DNA from: a virus
Taxonomy: Duplodnaviria; Heunggongvirae; Uroviricota; Caudoviricetes
DNA length: 64,000 nt
Strand: one strand, 5' to 3'
IMG/VR virus record: IMGVR_UViG_3300035188_001315
The position numbers were made by a program, and so were the translations under genes. Shown here piece after piece: positions 9,362-17,907 of this stretch. Each line of letters starts with the position of its first letter. Positions within the stretch are counted from its first letter, which is position 1. The notes under the pieces are model-generated. The model saw only the letters and a list, made by a program, of their open reading frames with translations. It did no database searches and was not told the origin of the DNA.

Positions 9362-9437
9362 TGGCTGGCTAGGTAGGGCTCGAACCTACGACAGAGTGAT
9401 TAACAGTCACTTGATCTACCAACTGATCTACTAGCCA
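9362..9437 (-). tRNA. tRNA-Asn (GUU), copy A
   Basis: Clean cloverleaf: acceptor TGGCTAG/CTAGCCA, anticodon arm AGTGA-CTGTTAA-TCACT, T arm GTAGG-TTCGAGC-CCTAC, encoded CCA. Identical copy at 11039-11114. Confidence 0.75.
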
Positions 9438-9627
9438 ATATTTTTAAAGGAGATACTTAACGATCCCACTTTTATTTATAATAATTATACAACATTTTTT
9501 TGTCAATTTAAAAACAAATTCAAAAATCTAAAAAGAGAGATTTAACCACTGTTCCTTTCACAATCCAATTATACAAGAAAAATTTGTGAAAGGAATATTA
9601 TAAAAAAGAAATCAAAATCATTAGAAA

Positions 9628-9664
9628 AAAAATCCTAACAAAATCAATTTGTTAGGATTTCTAT
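9628..9664 (-). terminator. rho-independent terminator for leftward tRNA operon
   Basis: atcctaacaaa/tttgttaggat hairpin followed by U-run on minus strand. Confidence 0.55.
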
Positions 9665-9669
9665 GTTTT

Positions 9670-9741
9670 AGCTCCATTCCGGAATCGAACCGAATTATCA
9701 TGATTACAAGTCAAGTGCATCGCCACTTATGCTTATGGAGC
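9670..9741 (-). tRNA. tRNA-Thr (UGU)
   Basis: Acceptor GCTCCAT/ATGGAGC, D stem GCAT/ATGC, anticodon loop CTTGTAA (one U-U mismatch in stem), T arm TTCGG-TTCGATT-CCGGA. Confidence 0.55.
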
Positions 9742-9746
9742 GTATT

Positions 9747-9821
9747 TGGTCAGAAGTGAGAGAATCGAACTCCCTTAATCTAGTTCCCAAAACTAGCGGA
9801 CAACCAATGTCCCAACCTCTG
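9747..9821 (-). tRNA. tRNA-Pro (UGG)
   Basis: Acceptor CAGAGGT/ACTTCTG (one G-U), anticodon arm CTAGT-TTTGGGA-ACTAG, T arm GGGAG-TTCGATT-CTCTC, CCA encoded. Confidence 0.65.
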
Positions 9822-9837
9822 AAATATATGGAGCAGG

Positions 9838-9975
9838 TAAGTTGGATTTGTACCAACATTTTACTATCAATCTACATCTGCACCATTCTAAATTTAATTT
9901 TCTCCTAGTTACGAACCACCGACTCGGTGATTAAAATAGTCAATTGCTCTACCAAACTGAACTAATAAGAGAAAA
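9838..9975 (-). pseudogene. two degenerate tRNA-like remnants
   Basis: Segments with recognisable D-arm (AGTTCAGTTTGGTAGAGC) and T-loop-like motifs, plus a tggagcagg start resembling the Gly-like repeat. No closable acceptor or anticodon stems. Confidence 0.3.
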
Positions 9976-10006
9976 TGATCTGGAAACCCTGATCAGTAAT
10001 AATATT

Positions 10007-10291
10007 TGGCATCCTCTAGTGGATTCGAACCACTGACCTACGGCTTAGCTTACCACTATAGTTTTCACTACCACATAAGTGTTTGTGGTCTGGACTTTCT
10101 CTTTACCATATCCTCTGAATTGGACTTAGGTAGTTGCCATTAAGTCTCTACACGTTCCCATTACTGGGCTTCGCTCGGGATTGACATTTTACAGTTTTCC
10201 CCGAATTTGACAACTTACATTCATAATGTTTCCACTATGACGCTCCAATGTATTCAAAGGCCGTTGCTCTATCCAGCTGAGCTAAGAGGAC
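10007..10291 (-). tRNA. tRNA-Arg (UCU) interrupted by a group I intron in the anticodon loop
   Basis: 5 prime half GTCCTCTTAGCTCAGCTGGATAGAGCAACGGCCTT and 3 prime half CTAAGCCGTAGGTCAGTGGTTCGAATCCACTAGAGGATGCCA assemble into a canonical cloverleaf with loop CUUCUAA. The two halves are separated by 208 nt. Confidence 0.7.
10049..10256 (-). ncRNA. ORF-less group I intron (Azoarcus/cyanobacterial tRNA-intron type) between anticodon positions 34 and 35
   Basis: Intron RNA contains GUUGUCAAAUUCGGGGAAAAC (P3-P4 core) and GUGUAGAGACUUAAUGGCAACUACCUAAGUC (P7 region), closely resembling the Azoarcus pre-tRNA-Ile intron. 5 prime exon ends in U; intron ends in G. Confidence 0.65.
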
Positions 10292-10335
10292 AAATTTTTA
10301 CCATTTAAAAAATTAATTTTATTTACACTTATTTG

Positions 10336-10414
10336 GAGCAGGACTTGGATAGATTTGAACTATCACTTTTGGAGTGGAACTCCAACGTTCTACCATTAAA
10401 CTACACCTGCATTA
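10336..10414 (-). tRNA. tRNA-like element with Gly (UCC) anticodon arm, copy B
   Basis: Near-identical to 9201-9279 (one substitution). Confidence 0.35.
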
Positions 10415-10484
10415 TTCCATTTATTCACAAAATGTATTATACAATAATATTTTGTAATAATTCATTTTTTTATAATTACTATTT

Positions 10485-10560
10485 TGGGGTAATTACTGAG
10501 AATTGAACTCAGATCATGTGAATCACAATCACATATGTTAACCATTACACCATAATTACC
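10485..10560 (-). tRNA. tRNA-His (GUG) with encoded G-1
   Basis: Acceptor GTAATTA/TAATTAC plus extra 5 prime G opposite C73. Anticodon arm TGTGA-TTGTGAT-TCACA, T arm CTGAG-TTCAATT-CTCAG, CCA encoded. Confidence 0.7.
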
Positions 10561-10953
10561 ATTGTTTGGTGGACCTGGCGAGTTCTGCCCCTCGCGTCCA
10601 TAAATAACCACACTTAAAGTACTACACGTTTATTTCAATTTTATTTTTCATTTCTTAACAAAAATGAACAAAATGTTAAAAAATATATTCCGTAACTTTA
10701 GTTTGAATTCTATTTCCAGAATGTATAGAATTCTATCTTGTGTCCATGACACCCAAACGATAATCAGATTATCTCTATTCGCACAAGCACAAATAGTTGA
10801 GTGGGTAGATAGGGTGTTTAAGCCGCTACTGCTACCTGGTAGTAAGAGTCATTTGCAATTACTTTAAATTTGGATCGTTTAAAGAGAACTCCACCTCTAC
10901 GTGCACTTCAAAGCTTCATCATCTATGTCGATTCTGATTCAAGCCCTAAATTT

Positions 10954-11030
10954 TGGTAGCGGATGCAGGATTCGAACCTACGATTCTTGGCTTATGAGAC
11001 CAAGCGGATGACCACTTCCATAACCCACAT
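10954..11030 (-). pseudogene. tRNA-Met (CAU)-like element with non-pairing acceptor ends
   Basis: Good T arm GTAGG-TTCGAAT-CCTGC and anticodon arm TTGGT-CTCATAA-GCCAA. The 5 prime segment repeats ATCCGCT instead of complementing it. Confidence 0.3.
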
Positions 11031-11038
11031 TTTTTATT

Positions 11039-11114
11039 TGGCTGGCTAGGTAGGGCTCGAACCTACGACAGAGTGATTAACAGTCACTTGATCTACCAAC
11101 TGATCTACTAGCCA
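11039..11114 (-). tRNA. tRNA-Asn (GUU), copy B
   Basis: Identical to 9362-9437 including about 12 bp of each flank. Confidence 0.75.
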
Positions 11115-11164
11115 ATATTTTTAAAGTTTAAATTAAAAATTTTCATTAGTTAAAAACATTTAAT

Positions 11165-11450
11165 TTAAACACCTAAAAATAACATTATACAATAAAAAAT
11201 TTCATTTATCAAGATTTTTTAAAAAATATTTTTTTCATCACTTCTTAAAAATAACATTATACAATAAAAAATTTCATTTATCAAGATTTTTTAAAAAATA
11301 TTTTTTTCATCACTTCTTAAAAATAACATTATACAATAAAAAATTTCATTTATCAAGATTTTTTAAAAAAATATTTTTTTCATCAATTCTTAAAAATAAC
11401 ATTATACAATAAAAAATTGCATTTATCAAGATTTTTTAAAAAAAAGGGGA
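11165..11450 (-). repeat. four tandem ~72-bp repeats, each carrying a consensus sigma70 promoter directed leftward into the tRNA cluster
   Basis: Each unit on the minus strand reads cTTGATAaatgaaattttttattgTATAATg (TTGATA-17-TATAAT) with an A/T-rich UP-like tract. Copies start at about 11181, 11253, 11325, 11398. Confidence 0.6.
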
Positions 11451-11650
11451 TTATGTTTGTATAACCCCTTGTCATAGAAAAATAGTTTAGTATCTTCATA
11501 GTTTTTTGTAAAAACTCAGACGCATTTGAAAACGAACCATATTCCTTGTAAGAATAGTCGTATTATCAGTTCCTTGTAAGAAGTGATTTTCTAATTATTT
11601 AATTTTTTAGCCGTCATTTTTATTTATGTCAATAAAAATTATTTTTTTGT

Positions 11651-11887
11651 TTAAAATGAATTTGGTTTAGCAACTGATCTCGTGATTGCCATTAATCCTT
11701 TTTGTAAATCAGTTTTTCCTACAGTTAACCACCAAGTATCAGTAGTTTCAATGGATTCCAATTTTTCAATCAGATTACCCAATTTTTCGCCAATATCCTT
11801 AATTTCATTTATTGCAGAAACTTCTTCTTCAGTTAAGTTTCTGTATCCTTTGATTTTTTGTTTTTCTTCTGTCATCATAATCTCCAA
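11651..11887 (-). CDS. hypothetical protein (78 aa)
   Basis: ORF, acidic, upstream of 295-aa gene on same strand. Confidence 0.4.
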   Translation of the reverse strand: MEIMMTEEKQKIKGYRNLTEEEVSAINEIKDIGEKLGNLIEKLESIETTDTWWLTVGKTDLQKGLMAITRSVAKPNSF

Positions 11888-11896
11888 ATTGAGTTG

Positions 11897-12784
11897 TCAA
11901 TATTTAATTAATGGTTTTACAGTACCAGAGGTAACTCTTTCCAAAAATATATTATCATATTTTACATTACCAATACTAATAATCTTGCCTCTATGGGATT
12001 TACAAACTTTATGATTAAAAAAAATCACATTATGATCAGAAAAATAATCTGCAACATGTTTCCGATATTCATTCTCAATAACTTGAAATTGCAAATCAGT
12101 TCGTACCGAATTAATAATCGATCCTGGAATCTCATTTGTTTCTATTTTACATAATTTTTTTAATCGCAAGATTGTTTCATTTAAGGAAACAGTACCACCC
12201 AACTTAAAATCAGATAAACACGACCCTAAAATTTTGTGTTGGGTAGGTTTTACCGCCTTTACTTCAAAATTCCCATGTTTGGAAATTATATCTACACTAC
12301 TCGAGGAACCACCACCTAAAACTACATCATCTACTAAAAAATATATCACTAATTCCCCAGGACCAATACCAGGGATTACATAAGAATACAATGAATTAAA
12401 CCCATCAAAACTAATAGTTTTTAATGTTTCTATTTTTTTGTTTAATGTATCCAATGACATATCATCACAAAATAATGAGTAGTTTGATTTTAAATCATCA
12501 AACGGTTGATTAAACCACATATCCGAAATAACATTTCGGATTTCATCTTTGTAATCGAGAGAAGTCAAATCCTTAGTAGTAACATACAATGTTTTTTTAT
12601 GATTGTGATTATATAATCCAAGATCAGTTATCAAATTTTCAAACTTATATCTCAACATTGGTGGTAAACTAGTATAGTCACCACCATTATCACGATCTTT
12701 CAAAATTTTAAACCTTTCTAATTTTTCATTCAATGAATCAAATAGAGAATTAAATTCAGCAAATTCATCTTGTACAAACACCAT
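11897..12784 (-). CDS. hypothetical protein, possible PD-(D/E)xK nuclease fold
   Basis: Motif GPGELVIYFLVDD ... SVDIISKHGNFEVKAVK fits a D ... ExK catalytic signature. Weak. Confidence 0.45.
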   Translation of the reverse strand: MVFVQDEFAEFNSLFDSLNEKLERFKILKDRDNGGDYTSLPPMLRYKFENLITDLGLYNHNHKKTLYVTTKDLTSLDYKDEIRNVISDMWFNQPFDDLKSNYSLFCDDMSLDTLNKKIETLKTISFDGFNSLYSYVIPGIGPGELVIYFLVDDVVLGGGSSSSVDIISKHGNFEVKAVKPTQHKILGSCLSDFKLGGTVSLNETILRLKKLCKIETNEIPGSIINSVRTDLQFQVIENEYRKHVADYFSDHNVIFFNHKVCKSHRGKIISIGNVKYDNIFLERVTSGTVKPLIKY

Positions 12785-12858
12785 AACTTTCCTAATAACT
12801 ACAACAATTTAAAATCATTGCAGTTATTTTACCATAACAAAAATTAAAAGTCAAGAGA

Positions 12859-13995
12859 TTATTCAAACAATTCATAAGAAATAGTATCAAATCCTTCACT
12901 GTACATTGGTAAAGTAAAAGTGGTCATCATATCAAGCATAACCTGTCTGGAAATTCTTTTACCCGTTTCCATTTCTCGATTTTCTGAATGCTCCATAAGT
13001 TTATCAAATCCTTTCAAAAATAAAATACAATGTTTTTTATAATTTGAAGGAAATGTGTTTATCCATGATCTACGTCTTTTTTTGCTCATCATAGTCATAT
13101 CAACCAACACAGACTTGTTATGTTGTTTTGCATCCAGTGTCAAAGATTCAATGAGATTAGAAACCTCATTTTTTTCTATCTCTTTGTTTTCATTCAAAAA
13201 ATTGAAAGCTTCATTATAACCAGAAAGATTATATTTTACAACCACTTGTTCAACCAAATCATCTCGACTAATAACTACCATACCAGGATGTGATAACAAA
13301 ATTTTTTCCCGTTCAGTAGATTTACCACTACAAGGTGGTCCACATAAAATAATCAGTTGTGGATTATCATCAATTTGCATAATTGGAGTATTATCAACAA
13401 GTTGATCAACAACATTTTTTACATTATCAAACGCTACATTTGAAATTGCAGAAGCAGTACCTTCTTTCCAAAATCTACCAGCTGCATCAGCTTTTACTTG
13501 ATATAAGAGATGATGTAATAAGGTTTTTTCATTTTTAAATGTTTCAAGCAACTCATATTTTACACTACCATCCGATTTAATGAAATTAAACAAACTACCA
13601 TGTAAGGCAATAATTTTGAAAATCAAAACTTTATCATCCACCGATAAAGAGCTTTTGTTCATCACATCTAATGATAAGAAAGCACTGATTCCTTCATGAC
13701 CGATGAAATTAACTCGTTGTTTTTCCTCATTAACTTTTCTAGCTAATGGTTTTCCAATATCATGCAACAATGTAGACCATCGGACATAACCATTTTCAGG
13801 TACAAAATTTTGTGCTTGTAAACACACCATCATAGTATGAGTGAATATAGATCCCTCAATATGATACGGATTTATTGTGGTTTCATCATAATGATGAGTC
13901 GATGCACACATTGTTTTTACCAAATGTGGAAATTCTACCTGAAACCATGAAACTAAATCACTGGTACTCGTTGTCAAATCTATTGTATCTGGCAT
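12859..13995 (-). CDS. HD phosphohydrolase domain fused to P-loop kinase domain (polynucleotide kinase/phosphatase-like, RNA repair candidate)
   Basis: N-terminal H ... HD motif (HIEGSIFTHT ... LLHDIGKP). C-terminal Walker A GPPCSGKST. Confidence 0.6.
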   Translation of the reverse strand: MPDTIDLTTSTSDLVSWFQVEFPHLVKTMCASTHHYDETTINPYHIEGSIFTHTMMVCLQAQNFVPENGYVRWSTLLHDIGKPLARKVNEEKQRVNFIGHEGISAFLSLDVMNKSSLSVDDKVLIFKIIALHGSLFNFIKSDGSVKYELLETFKNEKTLLHHLLYQVKADAAGRFWKEGTASAISNVAFDNVKNVVDQLVDNTPIMQIDDNPQLIILCGPPCSGKSTEREKILLSHPGMVVISRDDLVEQVVVKYNLSGYNEAFNFLNENKEIEKNEVSNLIESLTLDAKQHNKSVLVDMTMMSKKRRRSWINTFPSNYKKHCILFLKGFDKLMEHSENREMETGKRISRQVMLDMMTTFTLPMYSEGFDTISYELFE

Positions 13996-14205
13996 TTATA
14001 ACTCCTTGATATTATTCACTTTTATTATTATACAACATTATTTCGATTTAGTCGAGGATTTTTTACCCGTTTTGAAATTATTTTTGTTAAATTTTAACGC
14101 TATATTAATAAGGGGTTTTAGCCGAACAAATGCACGTTTCTGAATATTGGGGTTTTTGCCGTTTTTTCCACGCGCCAACCCAACTTAATTCACTAGATAA
14201 AATTT

Positions 14206-14485
14206 GAATGGATTTTGATTTCCTCTAATGGATTTTTTTCAAAATAAGTTTGACATGAAATTTCCAAATTGACCTGATCGATTTTTTTCAAACTAGATTT
14301 TGATTTCCTCTAATGGATTTTTTTCAAAATAAGTTTGACATGAAATTTCCAAATTGACCTGATCGATTTTTTTCAAAATAATTGATTTGATTTTTTTGAG
14401 ATGATTTTGATTTCCTCTAATGGATTTTTTTCAAAATAAGTTTGACATGAAATTTCCAAATTGACCTGATCGATTTTTTTCAAAC
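14206..14485. repeat. three direct repeats of ~85-105 bp
   Basis: gattttgatttcctctaatggatttttttcaaaataagtttgacatgaaatttccaaattgacctgatcgattttttt occurs 3 times (about 14211, 14297, 14403), each with paired TTGACATG/TTGACCTG motifs. Confidence 0.7.
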
Positions 14486-14652
14486 TGGATGCTTTTTGCT
14501 TTTCGCTTTTTGCTGAAAGCAGATCCTCTCCTCAAGGGAGTCTCTTTTTTAAAAGAGGCTCCTCTTTAATATTCTTAATATCTATTCTTTAGGAAATTTC
14601 GATCGTTTTTTTGCCCTTATTAATAAGGCGTTTTTTCGGAAATGCAAAAAAA

Positions 14653-14823
14653 TTTATGTGCAAAATAATGGCAATGAGGTAAAATTTATGTGCAAAATAA
14701 TGGCAAAAATCAAAATTTATGTGCAAAATAATGTGCCTTGGCGCATTTTATGTGCAAAATAATGTAATTTTATTGTGAATAAATATGGTAAAATACCAAA
14801 AAATTCACATTATTTTGCACATA
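14653..14823. promoter_or_regulatory. iteron array: four direct 18-bp repeats at ~31-bp spacing plus one inverted copy overlapping the rep start region (putative origin/autoregulation)
   Basis: tttatgtgcaaaataatg at 14653, 14685, 14716, 14747. Inverted cacattattttgcacata at 14806-14823, 15 bp before the rep ATG. Confidence 0.65.
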
Positions 14824-14837
14824 GGAATAGGTAAAAA

Positions 14838-16058
14838 ATGCAAAAATACGACAGAAATAATTACGAGTTTAAAAAACCGTCAGGGGTAATTCAGAGTAAA
14901 ATTTTTAAAATCGTCAACAAAAAACGAGTGCATTATGAGTTAAATCCGATACAATTTGACACGATGAATTTGATGATGTACAAGGTCAAAGAATCACTGA
15001 TTGTCCAATATGGGTCCACAGATAACATCATTGATAAGATTCAAAATGATTATGATACGTTTGAAAAAATCATTGATACTCACTGGTATGAAATATCATT
15101 AAGTGAATTATTTAACTTTGTTAATCGATCACAAAATAATCATAGTATAATACATGAAGCCTTAGATGAACTAACTGAAGTAAAGATAAAAACTAATATT
15201 TTTGATAAAAATAAAAATGTTGGTCAAACCACTTTTAACTTAATTCGCAAGTATTCAAAGTTTAAAAACAAAATAAAATTTAAACTAGAACCTGAATTAT
15301 TTCAAATGATTTTATTGCAGAAACCGTTGACTGATGAAAGTTTTGCGGTTTTGCGATTAAAAATACAAGCACAGAATTTAAAAACTGTAGGTTCGAAAAG
15401 ATTATATGAATTTTTAAAGGATTGGGAATTTAGAAATACAGTAACAGTAACGATAAGTGATATTAAAATGATTATGAATTTAGATGAAAATAAAACAAAT
15501 AATCAAATATATGCAACAATTAATAGAGACCATATTAAAAAAGCTGTTAATGAAATTAATTACAGTTCAGATATAAAAGTATCCTATACACCCATAAAAG
15601 AAAAATCCGCCTATGGAAGGTTACAAGTAACTAAAATAAAATTTTTAATTGAACCCCAACACCAATCAAAATTAGATGAATTAGGTTTAACACCACCAAA
15701 AAACAACAACACCAAATTTTATAACAAATCAAAAAATAAATTAGATAAATTGATTAGTACCGGTTATAAAGTTATTGATGAAACATTATGGATTGAAACA
15801 GATATTAAAAAGAACGAAGAGAGGTATGATGCAGAAGTCAGAATTGATACTTGGTTGAAAAATACTCCACAGGATGACAGAAATAAAATTTATGAATTAC
15901 TAGCAAAATCAATGGATGATTGTGACGAACAATTTATTACTATCGATGGTTATTTAATTAAAGGGGTATTTTCAAATGATGCCTATACTAAGAATCCAAT
16001 GGAAACCATTGCAGTTATGAATTCATTTCTTGGATCATTAACTAGCACAGGTGAATGA
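14838..16058 (+). CDS. rep: replication initiator (Rep)-like protein
   Basis: 406-aa basic protein directly downstream of the iterons; only plus-strand gene in this block. No enzymatic motifs. Assignment by context. Confidence 0.5.
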   Translation: MQKYDRNNYEFKKPSGVIQSKIFKIVNKKRVHYELNPIQFDTMNLMMYKVKESLIVQYGSTDNIIDKIQNDYDTFEKIIDTHWYEISLSELFNFVNRSQNNHSIIHEALDELTEVKIKTNIFDKNKNVGQTTFNLIRKYSKFKNKIKFKLEPELFQMILLQKPLTDESFAVLRLKIQAQNLKTVGSKRLYEFLKDWEFRNTVTVTISDIKMIMNLDENKTNNQIYATINRDHIKKAVNEINYSSDIKVSYTPIKEKSAYGRLQVTKIKFLIEPQHQSKLDELGLTPPKNNNTKFYNKSKNKLDKLISTGYKVIDETLWIETDIKKNEERYDAEVRIDTWLKNTPQDDRNKIYELLAKSMDDCDEQFITIDGYLIKGVFSNDAYTKNPMETIAVMNSFLGSLTSTGE

Positions 16059-16059
16059 C

Positions 16060-16098
16060 GAAAAAAAAGGATTCTTTTTTTAGAATCCTTTTTTTAAA
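16060..16098. terminator. bidirectional terminator
   Basis: aaggattctttttttagaatcctt hairpin with A8 and T7 flanks. Confidence 0.65.
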
Positions 16099-16101
16099 TT
16101 T

Positions 16102-16365
16102 TTAAGCTGGTTGAATTTTTTCACCATTCCAATAAACCAAGAGTCTTTGTTTAAATGAATAAGCCCCTCGTTCAGTAGTTATATTACCAAATGGATTAAT
16201 TTCTTTATATTTTTCAATAGCATATTCGTTATTTTCTAATAACACTGAATAAGTATCAGCTTGAGGTTCGACAACCACATCATTTAAATCCAAACCAAAA
16301 AAAGATGCAACAAGTTGTCTTTCCGATCTTTCTGCTTCTTTTGGTAAATCTTTTACTCTCATCAT
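16102..16365 (-). CDS. hypothetical protein (87 aa)
   Basis: ORF. Confidence 0.4.
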   Translation of the reverse strand: MMRVKDLPKEAERSERQLVASFFGLDLNDVVVEPQADTYSVLLENNEYAIEKYKEINPFGNITTERGAYSFKQRLLVYWNGEKIQPA

Positions 16366-16396
16366 AACATTTTCCTCTTTTATCCAAATATCTTTT

Positions 16397-16615
16397 TTAC
16401 TTATTTATCGGTACACAACTGAAATAAGGATTTGTATAACCTAAGTTTTTATATTGTTGTTTTTCAAGTTGTTGCCGAACATATTTTTCACCATAATAAT
16501 TACATTGACTTTCCGAATTATAAGGTGTTCTGATTACATTAACGTCCGTTTTATTGTGATCCATATTACCATTTGCCAGCATTACAATCGTAGCGTAAAC
16601 TAATACAAATTTCAT
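16397..16615 (-). CDS. small secreted protein (72 aa)
   Basis: N-terminal signal-peptide-like hydrophobic segment; overlaps upstream gene stop by 4 nt. Confidence 0.4.
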   Translation of the reverse strand: MKFVLVYATIVMLANGNMDHNKTDVNVIRTPYNSESQCNYYGEKYVRQQLEKQQYKNLGYTNPYFSCVPINK

Positions 16616-17217
16616 CTCTTTACTCCCAACTTTTTGATTTTTTTGACAATATCTTTGTTTTCACTAAAAATGTTTAACCATAATTCTTTTGAATTTGTAA
16701 AAATGATATGCAGTTGTATCATATCCATTAATTGTTCGACAAATAACATATGCTCTTGACTATCTTTAATTAACACATACCTATCAAATGTGCGATTAAT
16801 GAATTCCTCTTTAAAAATTTTTTCAGTTTTTTTAATTTCTGCAGCTTCAGACAATTTACTTTGTGGAATCAGATGGGTTAAATTATACTCTTTTAATTTA
16901 TCAATCAATTCAAAAATATTGCCATCAAACCATGAATGAGAGCTGTGGAATATATCTATAATATCGGATTCTTTTTTTAAATCCCATAGTAAATCAAAGA
17001 CATATGGTAAATTTGGATTTGTGGTGTTTGGAAATTCATTTAAATCTGTCCTACATTTCCAATCAACTGTTTCGGTTTCAGTGGTTATATATAAATTACC
17101 CTCACTATCTCGATAATTGATACAATCTTTTGAACACTTTTCACTAAATGTACCACCTGCAGTAATAACAACCATACCTTCAGGCAATTCATAAAAACAA
17201 TTATTGATTATTCCCAT
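16612..17217 (-). CDS. hypothetical protein (201 aa)
   Basis: ORF. Confidence 0.45.
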   Translation of the reverse strand: MGIINNCFYELPEGMVVITAGGTFSEKCSKDCINYRDSEGNLYITTETETVDWKCRTDLNEFPNTTNPNLPYVFDLLWDLKKESDIIDIFHSSHSWFDGNIFELIDKLKEYNLTHLIPQSKLSEAAEIKKTEKIFKEEFINRTFDRYVLIKDSQEHMLFVEQLMDMIQLHIIFTNSKELWLNIFSENKDIVKKIKKLGVKR

Positions 17218-17406
17218 AATAGTAATACCTTTAAAATTTAGTATTTATTTATCACTCCCGTTGAAAGATAAAGTTTGAGAATCAACAGATAATACCGCAT
17301 AATTTCTCTTGTACGTAGTATAACATATACAAAAACAAATGTCAACAAAAAAGGCATATTTTTTACAAAATATACCTTTTAAATTATTTAGGATTGTTTC
17401 CTAAAA

Positions 17407-17664
17407 TTAGACTAATTCGGCACTCAAATCAGTATCGGTTGAATCACTTTGTGCTTCTACAGGTGCATCAACTTCTTCCAAGTTTTCAGTTTCTACTAAG
17501 AGTTTATCAACTAATGTACCTTTTGCTAGACTAACAATCGATGTTTGTAATGATAAACGACCAAGCTCACCATCAACTTTACGAATATCATTCAATAAAG
17601 TAATAGCTTGTTCAGTTAAGTTTTCAGCATTATAATATTTGTCGCCAATTCTAATAGTTTCCAT
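17407..17664 (-). CDS. hypothetical acidic protein (85 aa)
   Basis: ORF. Confidence 0.4.
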   Translation of the reverse strand: METIRIGDKYYNAENLTEQAITLLNDIRKVDGELGRLSLQTSIVSLAKGTLVDKLLVETENLEEVDAPVEAQSDSTDTDLSAELV

Positions 17665-17907
17665 TTTTATTTCCTTTTGTGTTTGTTAAAGTTTTTGTTC
17701 AAACCTATTATACAATACTTTTTTTTCTTTTTTAAAAATTTACAAGCCCATGAAAAAAAGTATTGTGATACCCATTATTAATCCTACTGCTTCTAAAATA
17801 ATAAGGTTTCTTGATACAAAACTAATTAAAGTTTCTTCAAAAAAATCTAAATATTTCAAAGTATTATCCATACCATATTGTTTCATTTTGTTAATCTCCA
17901 ACTAAAA

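Noticed and set aside
10561-10625. GC-rich hairpin (GCGAG ... CUCGC flanked by GGAC/GUCC, then ACCA) resembling a T-arm/acceptor minihelix
   Set aside because: No D or anticodon arms could be built. It may be a processing signal or terminator-like hairpin, but cannot be called a tRNA.
10664-10867. 67-aa plus-strand ORF in the tRNA cluster
   Set aside because: Lies antisense between tRNA genes; no RBS or promoter; composition typical of noncoding spacer.
11165-11450. Possible CRISPR array
   Set aside because: Repeats are 72 bp, AT-rich, directly abutting with no unique spacers, and each contains a promoter. The 14206-14485 and 61893-61996 repeats likewise lack repeat-spacer structure.
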